A stretch of DNA of 64,000 nucleotides from Bdellovibrionales bacterium (GTDB lineage Bacteria > Bdellovibrionota > Bdellovibrionia > Bdellovibrionales > UBA1609): assembly GCA_965199825.1 (NCBI GenBank), contig OZ241329.1, positions 640,001-704,000 on the forward strand, written 5' to 3'. Below, piece by piece: positions 19,948 to 29,684 of this stretch. The translations under genes and the position numbers were made by a program. Below the pieces are notes generated by a model. The model worked only from the letters and a program-made list of their open reading frames with translations, was not told the DNA's origin and did no database searches. The stretch's first letter is position 1; each line of letters begins with the position of its first letter.

Positions 19948-21318
19948 TTATTTTGGATACGAATTCAGATCATGACTATTTTGTTTGCCAATTTCATTTG
20001 CTGTTCCAATTTTCAAGTCGATCGGAATGATGGGTGCAGGCTCATTGGTTAAGACCTGAAGGCAAGCGATCTCATCGTTTTTTTCTACTTCAAAGAGATG
20101 GTCTTTCATTTGCTGAATCACTTCTGTAAGGGCACGCAATGATTGATTCGATTTTGCAAACCGATGTATAAGACCTTTTGCAAAATAGCTTTTTAGTTTT
20201 GGATTTGTAGAATTGAGTTGATCCATTACTTTTAGATTTGAATCAAAGCCCCAACTTATCTTTGCTTCTAAATAATCTTGCCAAATCTTGGAATCCTTAG
20301 GGATTTGAAATTGATGACGCTTTAAATCCTCTTCGAACGCGATCAGCGCATGAATATTTCGTGCGTAAAATTCATCGTATCGCTCCCACCAATTGGTCTC
20401 GACTCGTTTGATATAGTCATAGCCTTTGATCAGCTTAAGGTAGATCTCCGGCCAAATTATTTGAACCTGAGCTAGAAACTCCTGAACTATTTGGTCCTCG
20501 AGTACTTCAAATTTGCGCGGAATAAAATTTTCTCTCCAGGGTAGATCTCGATCTGGCTCAAACAAAACTGCAATTTCTTCGTAGAGGTGTTCAGCAGAAA
20601 TACCTTTGGATTTGGCAAAGTCGACTGCGAACTCCAAGGTTTGTGCTATTTTCTTTTTTATCAACGGGTCTGATTTCCAATCCGATGGCCTATGCAAGCT
20701 CTCAAAAGTTCGCCAAAACTCAAAGCGCTCTTGAGCTTCATTGGCTTCAAAATCGAGGACGACTTCGTCAGGATCAAAATACGCTGCAATATCAGGATTT
20801 ATATTTTGAAGTTCGTTATAAAACTCAACTAACACCTCTCTATTTAGGCGTTTGTAAGCTCGGGAGTAGGCGTAAGGAAATCGATTTGTATTATGAGACA
20901 GGCGTAAAATTGTTTCGGTGAAACGAACTGGATCTAGCTTCCACTTGTTTGCGATTTTTAAATTCAGTTCAAATATTTTTTGTGAAAGTTGATTTTCGAG
21001 GTCGATTAACTTTCGGGGCTCTAAAACAATTTGGGATTGAATTCCATAAGGTGTTTTAAGATGTGCGGTTTTGATTACTCCTAGATCAATGCCCTGTCGT
21101 AATGCGAAATCATAAAGTACTTGAGGGTTAAACAGTTCATTTTCAATCCACATCACACGATGAAATGCGGCAGTTTTCTGATCAATATGTGTCGCAGCGA
21201 GCGCCTTCGGGACTGCAGTTGAGGCAGCAGCGGCGGTGAGGGATTGAATCAGACTTCGACGACTCAGCTCAACAGCAAAAGAATTAGCCAGCGTAAATGT
21301 TAAAAACAGTATCAGCAT
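19948..21318 (-). CDS. Hypothetical exported protein with tandem Sec-like and Tat-like signals
   Basis: Long AT-rich ORF beginning MLILFLTFTLANSFA-VEL-SRRSLI...ALA. Confidence 0.65.
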   Translation of the reverse strand: MLILFLTFTLANSFAVELSRRSLIQSLTAAAASTAVPKALAATHIDQKTAAFHRVMWIENELFNPQVLYDFALRQGIDLGVIKTAHLKTPYGIQSQIVLEPRKLIDLENQLSQKIFELNLKIANKWKLDPVRFTETILRLSHNTNRFPYAYSRAYKRLNREVLVEFYNELQNINPDIAAYFDPDEVVLDFEANEAQERFEFWRTFESLHRPSDWKSDPLIKKKIAQTLEFAVDFAKSKGISAEHLYEEIAVLFEPDRDLPWRENFIPRKFEVLEDQIVQEFLAQVQIIWPEIYLKLIKGYDYIKRVETNWWERYDEFYARNIHALIAFEEDLKRHQFQIPKDSKIWQDYLEAKISWGFDSNLKVMDQLNSTNPKLKSYFAKGLIHRFAKSNQSLRALTEVIQQMKDHLFEVEKNDEIACLQVLTNEPAPIIPIDLKIGTANEIGKQNSHDLNSYPK

Positions 21319-21433
21319 AAAAATCAAATATATTGATTTAACTGAGCTTACAAATTTATTTGGGTTTGATAGGCGAGTTCGAAAATCTTTGTTTCTTAAT
21401 TTAAACTCATCCGCAGGGCGTGTTTACTCAACT

Positions 21434-21460
21434 TCAATTTTCTTAAAAAGAGACCGATAC
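21434..21460 (+). promoter_or_regulatory. Putative sigma28 (FliA) promoter
   Basis: TCAA-N15-ACCGATAC, 6 nt before ATG 21467. Confidence 0.55.
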
Positions 21461-21466
21461 CTCTTT

Positions 21467-23251
21467 ATGAGTCGAGCTTTTGCGGTTCCAAAACTTACAG
21501 ACGAGTATGCTTTATTTGAGCACCTCGACGGAAGTCACCCCTATAAAAATGCGGTGCCCGAGGGTGTGGTCGAGTATCGTGTGCGCCAACTGCCCACTGG
21601 ACGTGTGTCTTATTTCAACTTCGAACTCGCACGCGAAATGGGTTTAATTCCTGCGCATCACCCCAATGTTTTGAATTCAAGACTTGAAGATAAAATTATC
21701 GAAACTTTTGCTCTCAGAATTATCAATGAGTACGACGACTCTCACCAAATTGAATATCCAAAGTCGGCAATCAAAAAAAATACCTATATGGCCACCCGTT
21801 ACTTGCAGCTCCAGCATCCAAGTAAAACGGGCAAGACCTCCGGCGATGGCCGCTGCATTTGGAATGGGACCGTCGAACATAAAGGAATCACTTGGGATGT
21901 GAGCAGCCGTGGAACTGGCGTCACATGCTTAGCCCCCGGAGCGGTCGAAGCGGGAAAACCCTTAAGATCGGGCAGCACAAATTTTGGTTACGGATGCGGT
22001 CTTGCCGAAATTGATGAGCTTTACGGTGCAGCTTTGATGTCTGAAATTTTTCATAACAACTCGATTCCGACAGAGCGGATGTTGTGCATTGTTGATCTTG
22101 GTCGCGGTGTGGGAATTGGTGTTCGCGCCGGCCACAATCTGTTGCGACCCGCCCACTTTTTTATGTTTCTAAAACAAAATAATCATTCTGCCCTTAAGCG
22201 CGCCACCGATTATTTTATTGAGCGACAAACCGCAAATGGCCGCAAGAAACTCTCAACATCAAAAAAATATCAAAATCTGCTCAATGCGATGTGCGAGGAT
22301 TTTTCGCGCTTTGCCGCAACCCTCGAGCGCGAATACATTTTTGCGTGGATGGAGTGGGATGGCGACAATGTTTTGGCCGATGCTGGAATTATCGATTACG
22401 GCAGTGTCAGACAATTTGGCTTAAGACATGACCAATATCGTTACGACGATATCGAAAGATTTTCGACCACACTTGGTGAGCAACGCAAAAAAGTGCGGAT
22501 GATCTTACAGGTCTATTGCCAAATGATTTCGTTTGTCGAAACCGGCGAACGAAAGCGTGTGTCTGAATTTAGCAATCATCCTTTGCTTGAGAAATTTGAT
22601 ATTCTATTTTCAAGAAATCTGAGCGATCGATTTTTGTATCAACTTGGATTTGAACTTAAAAGTCGCGACTTTTTATTGCTGCAAAAGCGCCAGCAGGTCG
22701 ATCAGTTTACCGCAATTTATCAAAATCTCGAGATGATCAAAACCTCTCGTCCAAAAATGCGTGTTGCCGACGGAGTGAATCGTCCCCCACTTTTGAATAT
22801 GCGAACCTTTAATCGCCAGTGGATGAAGTGGATCAAAGATCCCGACATGTGCCCGAAACATATTGCGCTCGAACTGTTAAGCACTTCTGCCACTCGCAAA
22901 GATCGCAAACGCGTATTGGATCCGAAAATTCAAAAATTGATTGTCCTTTTATTGAAGCACACTCAACGACTGTTTTCGCTTGTTGATGTCAATGAGACCG
23001 CGGTTTTAAATCGCTCTCAAAAAATCAATCGGCCCGACCGCATGACCGGCAATGCTCTGATCAATGTGGTTCATCATATTCTTGAACATCGTAAAAAAGG
23101 TTTTAAAGATCGGGATATCCAAAAAGTGATGGATGTGTTTATTGCCCATCAAAGTGGAGCTCGTGAGATTCCAAAATCTTGGACCGAGCGAAGTCAGCGC
23201 CTAATGCAAACTCTTTTAACTGTCGTCGGCGGATATCACGAAGATATTTGA
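21467..23251 (+). CDS. Divergent SelO/YdiU-like pseudokinase (putative protein nucleotidyltransferase)
   Basis: SGDGR, SSRGTG.T, SE.FH...IPTER.L, WDGDN and IIDYGS match SelO motifs GDGR, KGAG.T, SEAMH.LGIPTTR, NTDN and IDYGP. Confidence 0.65.
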   Translation: MSRAFAVPKLTDEYALFEHLDGSHPYKNAVPEGVVEYRVRQLPTGRVSYFNFELAREMGLIPAHHPNVLNSRLEDKIIETFALRIINEYDDSHQIEYPKSAIKKNTYMATRYLQLQHPSKTGKTSGDGRCIWNGTVEHKGITWDVSSRGTGVTCLAPGAVEAGKPLRSGSTNFGYGCGLAEIDELYGAALMSEIFHNNSIPTERMLCIVDLGRGVGIGVRAGHNLLRPAHFFMFLKQNNHSALKRATDYFIERQTANGRKKLSTSKKYQNLLNAMCEDFSRFAATLEREYIFAWMEWDGDNVLADAGIIDYGSVRQFGLRHDQYRYDDIERFSTTLGEQRKKVRMILQVYCQMISFVETGERKRVSEFSNHPLLEKFDILFSRNLSDRFLYQLGFELKSRDFLLLQKRQQVDQFTAIYQNLEMIKTSRPKMRVADGVNRPPLLNMRTFNRQWMKWIKDPDMCPKHIALELLSTSATRKDRKRVLDPKIQKLIVLLLKHTQRLFSLVDVNETAVLNRSQKINRPDRMTGNALINVVHHILEHRKKGFKDRDIQKVMDVFIAHQSGAREIPKSWTERSQRLMQTLLTVVGGYHEDI

Positions 23252-23283
23252 GCCCTTTAAATTTCGATGCTATGTTGGCCCAC

Positions 23284-24237
23284 ATGATTGTGGTCACCGG
23301 TGCAAACGGATTTATTGGCAGCTGTATGGTCAAAGAACTACTACAGCGAAAGCATAACGACATTATTGCGACCGATGCGGTTGGACTTAATGAGCGTCCG
23401 GGCCTCTTAGAGCGCACCCAAATTCGCGAATTCTTACCCCCTGCTGAACTTTTTGATTTTTTAAAATCGACCAAAAAGATCGAAGCCATATTCCATATGG
23501 GGGCTTGCTCTTCGACCACCGAAACAAACGAAGAATATTTAAAATCAAACAACACCGAATACACCACCTCTCTGTTTGCTCACGCTGCTGCAAATAAAAT
23601 TCCTTTTATCTATGCAAGTAGCGCTGCGGTTTACGGCGATGGTGAGCTTGGCTTTGATGATCAAAAACCCTCAGATATCTATAAGCCGATGAATCTTTAT
23701 GGTTGGTCAAAGTTAAAAGCCGACATTGAAATCGAAGCGACCAACAACCATTCTTTTCGTTGGGCGGGTTTAAGATTTTTTAACGTTTATGGGCCAAACG
23801 AATATCACAAAGGCGAAATGAGCTCGGTGGTTTATAAAGCGTTTTTGCAAATCCAAAACACAAATAAACTCAAATTATTTAAGTCTTACAATTCGCAATT
23901 TAAAGACGGCATGCAAATGCGCGATTTTGTCTACGTCAAAGACGTCACAAGGTGGATGTATGACATTTGGAAATCCAAAAATTTTGTCAGCGGCATTTAC
24001 AACATGGGTGCGGGCAAAGCACGCACTTGGTATGATCTTGGATCCGCGGTTTTTGCCAATCTCGATAAAAAAGTGGATATCGAGTGGATCGAAATGCCCG
24101 AACATATTCGTGACCATTATCAATATTTTACCGAAGCTAAGATGGACAAATTGGACGAGCAAGGTCTTGCACCATCGCAATACCCTCTCGAGATCGGCAT
24201 CGCCGATTACGTCAATCATCATTTAAAAAAATTGTGA
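23284..24237 (+). CDS. rfaD: ADP-L-glycero-D-manno-heptose 6-epimerase
   Basis: MIVVTGANGFIGS, HMGACSSTTE, YASSAAVYG, YGWSK, RFFNVYGPNEYHKGEM. Confidence 0.95.
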   Translation: MIVVTGANGFIGSCMVKELLQRKHNDIIATDAVGLNERPGLLERTQIREFLPPAELFDFLKSTKKIEAIFHMGACSSTTETNEEYLKSNNTEYTTSLFAHAAANKIPFIYASSAAVYGDGELGFDDQKPSDIYKPMNLYGWSKLKADIEIEATNNHSFRWAGLRFFNVYGPNEYHKGEMSSVVYKAFLQIQNTNKLKLFKSYNSQFKDGMQMRDFVYVKDVTRWMYDIWKSKNFVSGIYNMGAGKARTWYDLGSAVFANLDKKVDIEWIEMPEHIRDHYQYFTEAKMDKLDEQGLAPSQYPLEIGIADYVNHHLKKL

Positions 24238-24932
24238 AGACTAATACCGAACTCAATTGCGTTTTGGTGCGCCCGTTGTATAGCGCAAATATCGGAGGCA
24301 CCGCCCGAGCGATGGCGAACATGGGTGCTTCGCGTTTGATATTGATCGATCCCAAATGTGAGCACCTTTCACAAAAAGCAAAAATGGGCGCAGCCGGCGC
24401 TCAGCCTCTTTTAGAAAATGCGACGGTGTACAACAATTTTGACTTATTTTATAAGTCCGAGGGTCAAGGCGTGCGTTTGGCATTTACCGCGCGAGAAGGT
24501 CAACGTCGCAAAGTTGATGAGCTCTCGCTAACTCTTAAGTCGTTGGGCACTGTGAGCCCAATCTATTTTATTTTTGGACCTGAAGACAACGGTCTCACGA
24601 ATGAAGATATGGCATTCGTCAATGCAGCGGTGAGCCTTCCTAGTTTTGGCGAATTTAAAAGTTTTAATTTGTCACAAGCCGTATTGCTTGCCTGCTTTAT
24701 TGCTCGCGATTTTTATCAACCACAAATTCAACCTCCAACTCTTGAGCCACTTGATTTTCCTGATGAGGAATTAAAAAGTTGGATCAAGGCGATTGGATTT
24801 GATGTTCGTGCGCGCCGAGCGAGTGCCTATCGAGTTTTGCGGCGACTTTTTTTGCAAAATGCGCCGCGGGTGGAAGAGATGCATGTGCTTAAGAGCGTCC
24901 TCCAACAGACCCTCCGCAAACTCGATCTTTAA
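24234..24932 (+). CDS. SPOUT RNA methyltransferase (TrmJ/TrmH family)
   Basis: NIGGTARAMANMG, FGPEDNGLTNE, SFNLSQAV. Confidence 0.88.
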   Translation: MKTNTELNCVLVRPLYSANIGGTARAMANMGASRLILIDPKCEHLSQKAKMGAAGAQPLLENATVYNNFDLFYKSEGQGVRLAFTAREGQRRKVDELSLTLKSLGTVSPIYFIFGPEDNGLTNEDMAFVNAAVSLPSFGEFKSFNLSQAVLLACFIARDFYQPQIQPPTLEPLDFPDEELKSWIKAIGFDVRARRASAYRVLRRLFLQNAPRVEEMHVLKSVLQQTLRKLDL

Positions 24933-24934
24933 AT

Positions 24935-26857
24935 TTATTTACGCTTAAAAATATTGCTCATGAGCGAAGTGATATCGCCATTTAAAAGATCGAATGATTT
25001 TTTTTGGTGCGCTTTGAGTGCTTGGGACTCTTTGACCGCCTCTTGAAAATTAGAATCCATCAAAATCGCACGATCAAAAAATTGAACCGCACCATCTGTG
25101 TCGCCTTGGGCCTTTCGCAGCAGCCCCATTACAAATTGATAAATCGGAATTCTGCGTTCTTGATGCGGAATTTTTTCGAGATTCTCGGTGATCTCTTTTA
25201 TAATCTTTGGTGGGGTGACGCCGGGGTAAGACTTCAGCTTGGCCCAAGCGTACACCGCAACAATCAAAGCACTTTGATAGAGCTGCACACTTTCGGTAAT
25301 CATATCCAGAGCATCTTTGATTTTGTTTTTTTGCAAGAGGTTGATGGCATGATTGGCTTGCGACTCGGCCTTGACCTGATTTGAAAATTCGGTGGCTTTG
25401 AGTTCGTTAAAATATTTTTTGCGTTTTTCTTCGTGCACCAAAATATCGTGGGCACCGCTAACAATAGAAAAAACTTTATTTACCAGATTTTTGGTTTCGG
25501 CATCTGCAGTTGGCGGCACATGATCGGGATGATTGTTTTTTACGAATTCTTTATAGATGCGCTCCACATCGGCGACTTTAGCCTCTGGTGGCGATCCGAA
25601 ATAAACAAAGATTTGGACCGCATCTTTGCCCTCGATCCGTTTAGCCACGTCTTTAATTTTTTCGATATGCGCCAAGGCCGCACTGGTGCGCTTCACATCA
25701 TCAAAAACGATTAGCCCTGATAACGACAACATATGAATCGTCTTAAGCGCAGACAATCGATCAGTGGCTTGCTCCAAGATATCTTCGAGCTTTTCTTCGC
25801 TGTCGATCATCTTTAATAAAGATTCATTTTGCTTGATAGTCGAAAATTGGAGAATCGGATTTTTCAAATCAAAATGAGGTTGTTTTCGAATGTTAAAGCC
25901 AAGCCACTCACTATAAAAACCTTCGAGGTAATCTAAATCGTATTTTTCGGTAATCAATTTGTTAAATATCGGAAGACAGAGTTGAAGGCTTAAAAAATTT
26001 CCGATGTCGTTAAATCGATCTCTCGAAAAAGCGATTTTAAATTTTTTGTCTTGAACGAGGGATTCGAGACACGAAAAAATTTGCTGATGAAGAATGGGAT
26101 AAACCGCATGGGGGCTGACAAATCCTTCAGCAATCATGCAGCGAATGATGTCGCCCTTGATTTTTTCCTTTGGGAGTTCGGCGATCTCTTGAGCTGTGAT
26201 AAAACCTTTTTCAATCAAAAGCTCGGTTAAAACTGATTGCGAGGTGCTTGTGTCCATTCGCACCAAGCAGCCTTGTGCGATGGTGATCCCGTAAATTTCG
26301 CCTTCTTCGTCGGTCATATTGAGGTTGCCGGTGGACTGCTCTGTCATCAACAGCGACAACAAAAATGGAATATCATAACCAATCATTTCGTCGAGATTCT
26401 CGATGGCTTTGATGCGATCGCGCCCGACAAAGGCCTTTGATAAGAGCGAAGGCATATGAAGAGATTTTTGCTGGGTGAGATTTTCAAACGCTTTATCTAA
26501 AAGAGTTCGGATACTTTTAACGTTATAAGGTTTTACCAGATAGTCGAGCGCTTTGGTGGAGCTCAATGCATCTTGAATAAAATTTTTGTCTTTGAAAATA
26601 CCAGAACTTAAAATCACCGCGGCGTCACCAAAGGCGGTGGCGCGCATTTGTTTTACAAGTTCAATTCCACTCATGCGAGGTAGCATGACATCGACAACTG
26701 CGGCTTGGACCGATCGGATTTTAAGAAGGCTCAGTGCATCGTCGGGTTTTGAAACGCTAGAGACACGGTATCCAAATCGGCGAATAGCTTCGCACAAAGG
26801 TTCGCGGATTGAGCTGTCGTCCTCAACCACCAAAACGCTAATTTCGCTTTTCTTCAT
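24935..26857 (-). CDS. Multidomain response regulator: REC, central PatA_N/DUF4388-like region, J-domain, TPR
   Basis: REC (VVEDD, VVDVMLP, KPY); J-domain YKEFVKNNHPD...AHDIL...KRKKY; C-terminal TPR-like helices. Confidence 0.75.
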   Translation of the reverse strand: MKKSEISVLVVEDDSSIREPLCEAIRRFGYRVSSVSKPDDALSLLKIRSVQAAVVDVMLPRMSGIELVKQMRATAFGDAAVILSSGIFKDKNFIQDALSSTKALDYLVKPYNVKSIRTLLDKAFENLTQQKSLHMPSLLSKAFVGRDRIKAIENLDEMIGYDIPFLLSLLMTEQSTGNLNMTDEEGEIYGITIAQGCLVRMDTSTSQSVLTELLIEKGFITAQEIAELPKEKIKGDIIRCMIAEGFVSPHAVYPILHQQIFSCLESLVQDKKFKIAFSRDRFNDIGNFLSLQLCLPIFNKLITEKYDLDYLEGFYSEWLGFNIRKQPHFDLKNPILQFSTIKQNESLLKMIDSEEKLEDILEQATDRLSALKTIHMLSLSGLIVFDDVKRTSAALAHIEKIKDVAKRIEGKDAVQIFVYFGSPPEAKVADVERIYKEFVKNNHPDHVPPTADAETKNLVNKVFSIVSGAHDILVHEEKRKKYFNELKATEFSNQVKAESQANHAINLLQKNKIKDALDMITESVQLYQSALIVAVYAWAKLKSYPGVTPPKIIKEITENLEKIPHQERRIPIYQFVMGLLRKAQGDTDGAVQFFDRAILMDSNFQEAVKESQALKAHQKKSFDLLNGDITSLMSNIFKRK

Positions 26858-26875
26858 CTTTTTATTATACTGATT

Positions 26876-27286
26876 TTAGCTCGAAGGGTTGTGCTTTTTC
26901 CAAGCCTCGATCAGACGTTTGGTGAGGATTTCGTTGGTAAATGGTTTAACGATGTAACCGCTCACTCCATTATTTGCGGCTTCGATCACCGCACCCTTTT
27001 CTGATTCTGTGGTGACCAGGACAAAAGGCAAGGTACTAAATTTGTCGGAAGCCCGAACTTGTTTTAACAAATCAAGTCCGCTTGGCCCCGGCATATTAAG
27101 ATCAGATAAAACAAGGTCTATGGGTGTCGCGCTCTGACAAAAAAATGTGAGCTTGCCAATAGCTTCGTTGGAATCTTCGGCAGTGGCAATTTTTGAAAAG
27201 CCCAGGCGCGTGAGACTATCAACAATAATACGTCGGATATTCAGACTATCGTCGACAACAAGAATGTGGGTGTGTTTTGCAAACAT
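26876..27286 (-). CDS. Single-domain CheY-like response regulator
   Basis: LVVDDS, SDLNMP, VTTE, GYIVKPFT. Confidence 0.9.
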   Translation of the reverse strand: MFAKHTHILVVDDSLNIRRIIVDSLTRLGFSKIATAEDSNEAIGKLTFFCQSATPIDLVLSDLNMPGPSGLDLLKQVRASDKFSTLPFVLVTTESEKGAVIEAANNGVSGYIVKPFTNEILTKRLIEAWKKHNPSS

Positions 27287-27353
27287 AACTAATTATACGG
27301 TGCGATGTTAAAGGCAATCAAGGTCTAAGCCGGTGGCTCTACCTTCGTACCCG

Positions 27354-29213
27354 TTAAGCGGCTTGCAGTTGAGATTGATGTGCTGGATCAGTCATTTCTA
27401 AAACGAGGGTAGTCCCTTTTCCGAGAGTCGAAAACACAATAGCCTGACCATTTAATTTTTTAACGGCCTCTGACACCGCATCCATTCCGATTCCACGGCC
27501 TGAGAATTCACCCACCTCGGAGCGTGAGGTAAAACCCGCATCAAAAATATGCTGTAAAACTTGGGAATCGGTTAAATCTTTTGAGAGTTTGAGTTTAGTG
27601 CGAATCTTTTCTGGATCAATACCCCGACCATCATCCTCAATCTTGATTGTGAGTTTTTGGTCCAAAAGAATTGCTCTGATGGTGATTTGACCTTCAACAG
27701 GTTTTGCACTGGCTTCGCGTTCAAAGGGCTCTTCGATCCCGTGGTCCACCGCATTGCGAATGGAATGCACCAGAGTTTGAAAAAGCTCTTGATAGGGCTC
27801 AGGAAAAATTTCGATTTCACCCACATCAAAGAGGATCGGTTTTAACATTTTTGATTGTTTAAGGGCGACAACTTGGGCGGCCTCTTCGAGAGGCTTTAGC
27901 AATTTGAGAATAGGCACTCTCAAAAAATCATTATCAAATTGGCGTTGGAGCATCGGAATTTTTAAGCTGTTACGAAACGAGTGCAGTTTTGATAATGGAA
28001 GCTCGATCTTTTTTTCTTCATTGAGGCCGAGGATTTCAAAAAGCTCACTATTTTGAACTAAAAAATTATTATAAACATTTTTTAGATGGCTAAGGCCATC
28101 AACAAATTGATCCGACTCTAAGCTATCTTGCGCCACTCTGGCTGATTCACGCAAGACCGCAACCGAATAGGCTGCCGCTTCGCCTTCGAGAGTATGAAGG
28201 TTGCGATAGAGTTCGGCCTTGGATTGTTGACTTAGGGCATGCACATCATTCAATAAAATTTTTGTGCTATTTAAAAAATTCTTAAATTGATCGCGATTAC
28301 GAATCAGGCGCATCACCATCGACGCATTTTGTTTTTCGCGCTCAAGGGATAATCCATTTTCGAATTCGATTGTTTTGTCGGTAGCAACAACCACAATATT
28401 TGTGATGGTCTGTTTGCTATCACGTAAGGGATAATATTCGAGAGTGATCCGACGGTTCTGTGAATGGATAAATAAGGCTGGCACAAGATCGATTAAATTA
28501 TCAAACGGCAATGTTTCGGCAAACGCGATTTGAATCCATTTTACAAATTGTTCCCGATCTTCAGGAGAGAGCTTCAACACATCCCCAATATGTCGGTTTG
28601 CGGGAGAGCCCTCTAAAATATCGAGACAAGCTTTTGTGAAGGTGTCGCTACAAATTCCGTTGGGATCAAAGGTGAGAAAGCCTTGGCCCAAGCTATTCAT
28701 GATCGCATTGAGAACTTGGTTTTTGGTTTGGACTTCGGCAGTGCGAATCTCAACCATTTTTTCGAGGTTTTTAGAATACTGCTCGAGTTCATCTTTGGCG
28801 GTTTGGAGCTGACGAATCAGGCCTTCTTTTTGATCGAGTTCGCCGCGGTACTTTCGTGCAAGAACTTCTTCGAGCGTGACATCACGAAATAACACGGTCC
28901 ATTTTGATTGGCCCTGAGCATCGATGAAAGGTTGGATGTTGATCTGCACACGGCCGGTCTTGAGAGAGATCAGATTTTTAAATTCAATTTCTGTAATGGG
29001 GACTGCGGTCTCTCGGCCTAAATGTCCCTCGGGCATCACGAAAAGATTTTTATCCGACAGTTGCAGTACCGAATAAATTGGAATTCCTTTTGTGAGTCTT
29101 CGCACGGAGGACTCACAAAAACTTGCGGCCGCTGTGTTGCAATAAATAATCTTTCGATCTGCATCGACAACAAAAACCGCATCCAATAAAGAATCAAAAA
29201 AACTATAATCCAT
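27354..29213 (-). CDS. PAS-PAS-Hpt-HATPase histidine kinase, CheA-like but without a CheW (P5) domain
   Basis: N-terminal PAS-like segments, Hpt LHTLEG, CheA-type HSIRNAVDHGIE, DDGRGID, GFTS, SGRGIGMDAV. The protein ends shortly after the ATPase domain. Confidence 0.82.
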   Translation of the reverse strand: MDYSFFDSLLDAVFVVDADRKIIYCNTAAASFCESSVRRLTKGIPIYSVLQLSDKNLFVMPEGHLGRETAVPITEIEFKNLISLKTGRVQINIQPFIDAQGQSKWTVLFRDVTLEEVLARKYRGELDQKEGLIRQLQTAKDELEQYSKNLEKMVEIRTAEVQTKNQVLNAIMNSLGQGFLTFDPNGICSDTFTKACLDILEGSPANRHIGDVLKLSPEDREQFVKWIQIAFAETLPFDNLIDLVPALFIHSQNRRITLEYYPLRDSKQTITNIVVVATDKTIEFENGLSLEREKQNASMVMRLIRNRDQFKNFLNSTKILLNDVHALSQQSKAELYRNLHTLEGEAAAYSVAVLRESARVAQDSLESDQFVDGLSHLKNVYNNFLVQNSELFEILGLNEEKKIELPLSKLHSFRNSLKIPMLQRQFDNDFLRVPILKLLKPLEEAAQVVALKQSKMLKPILFDVGEIEIFPEPYQELFQTLVHSIRNAVDHGIEEPFEREASAKPVEGQITIRAILLDQKLTIKIEDDGRGIDPEKIRTKLKLSKDLTDSQVLQHIFDAGFTSRSEVGEFSGRGIGMDAVSEAVKKLNGQAIVFSTLGKGTTLVLEMTDPAHQSQLQAA

Positions 29214-29684
29214 TTACTTTAAAAACTTAAAATATTTGGCTTCAATCACATCCATCTCCATCAACTCGCCCGCATTGTCTTTGACCTCATCTGGAAATGT
29301 AAATTTGGAACCGTCGTAATGAGTGCCGCTTTCGAAGAGGATCATTTTTTCGTCACCCGAAGACTCAGAATAGTAAGGCACATAAAAGCTTCCGACCTTT
29401 GCATTTGTGGGCAAAAATCCAGCAACCATATTGATTTGATCGACAATGACCTTTGGGCATTTTCGGTAAGTGATCGCAGCTGATGGAGGTGCAGTGCGAA
29501 TCCATTTGATCCATTCTCGAATGCCGCAAGAATTAATTGCGGTCACCTTATCAAGATCCACCATCACGTTGGGTGATGAACTTAAATCGAGGTTTGTAAA
29601 TGAGGCGTCTTCGTCGATTTGACCTTGCAAAGAAATGACAACCGCATCTCCTTCGGATTTTTTATTTGCAGCGAATGTTCCCAT
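29214..29684 (-). CDS. STAS (anti-anti-sigma-like) protein
   Basis: LQGQIDE, VDLDKVTAINSCGIREW (phosphoacceptor Ser position). Confidence 0.75.
   Translation of the reverse strand: MGTFAANKKSEGDAVVISLQGQIDEDASFTNLDLSSSPNVMVDLDKVTAINSCGIREWIKWIRTAPPSAAITYRKCPKVIVDQINMVAGFLPTNAKVGSFYVPYYSESSGDEKMILFESGTHYDGSKFTFPDEVKDNAGELMEMDVIEAKYFKFLK

Noticed and set aside
16101..21327. Topoisomerase IB and the AT-rich orphan as a mobile island
   Set aside because: No integrase, transposase, att-like repeat or tRNA target was seen, and housekeeping genes (xth, ahpC) are interspersed.
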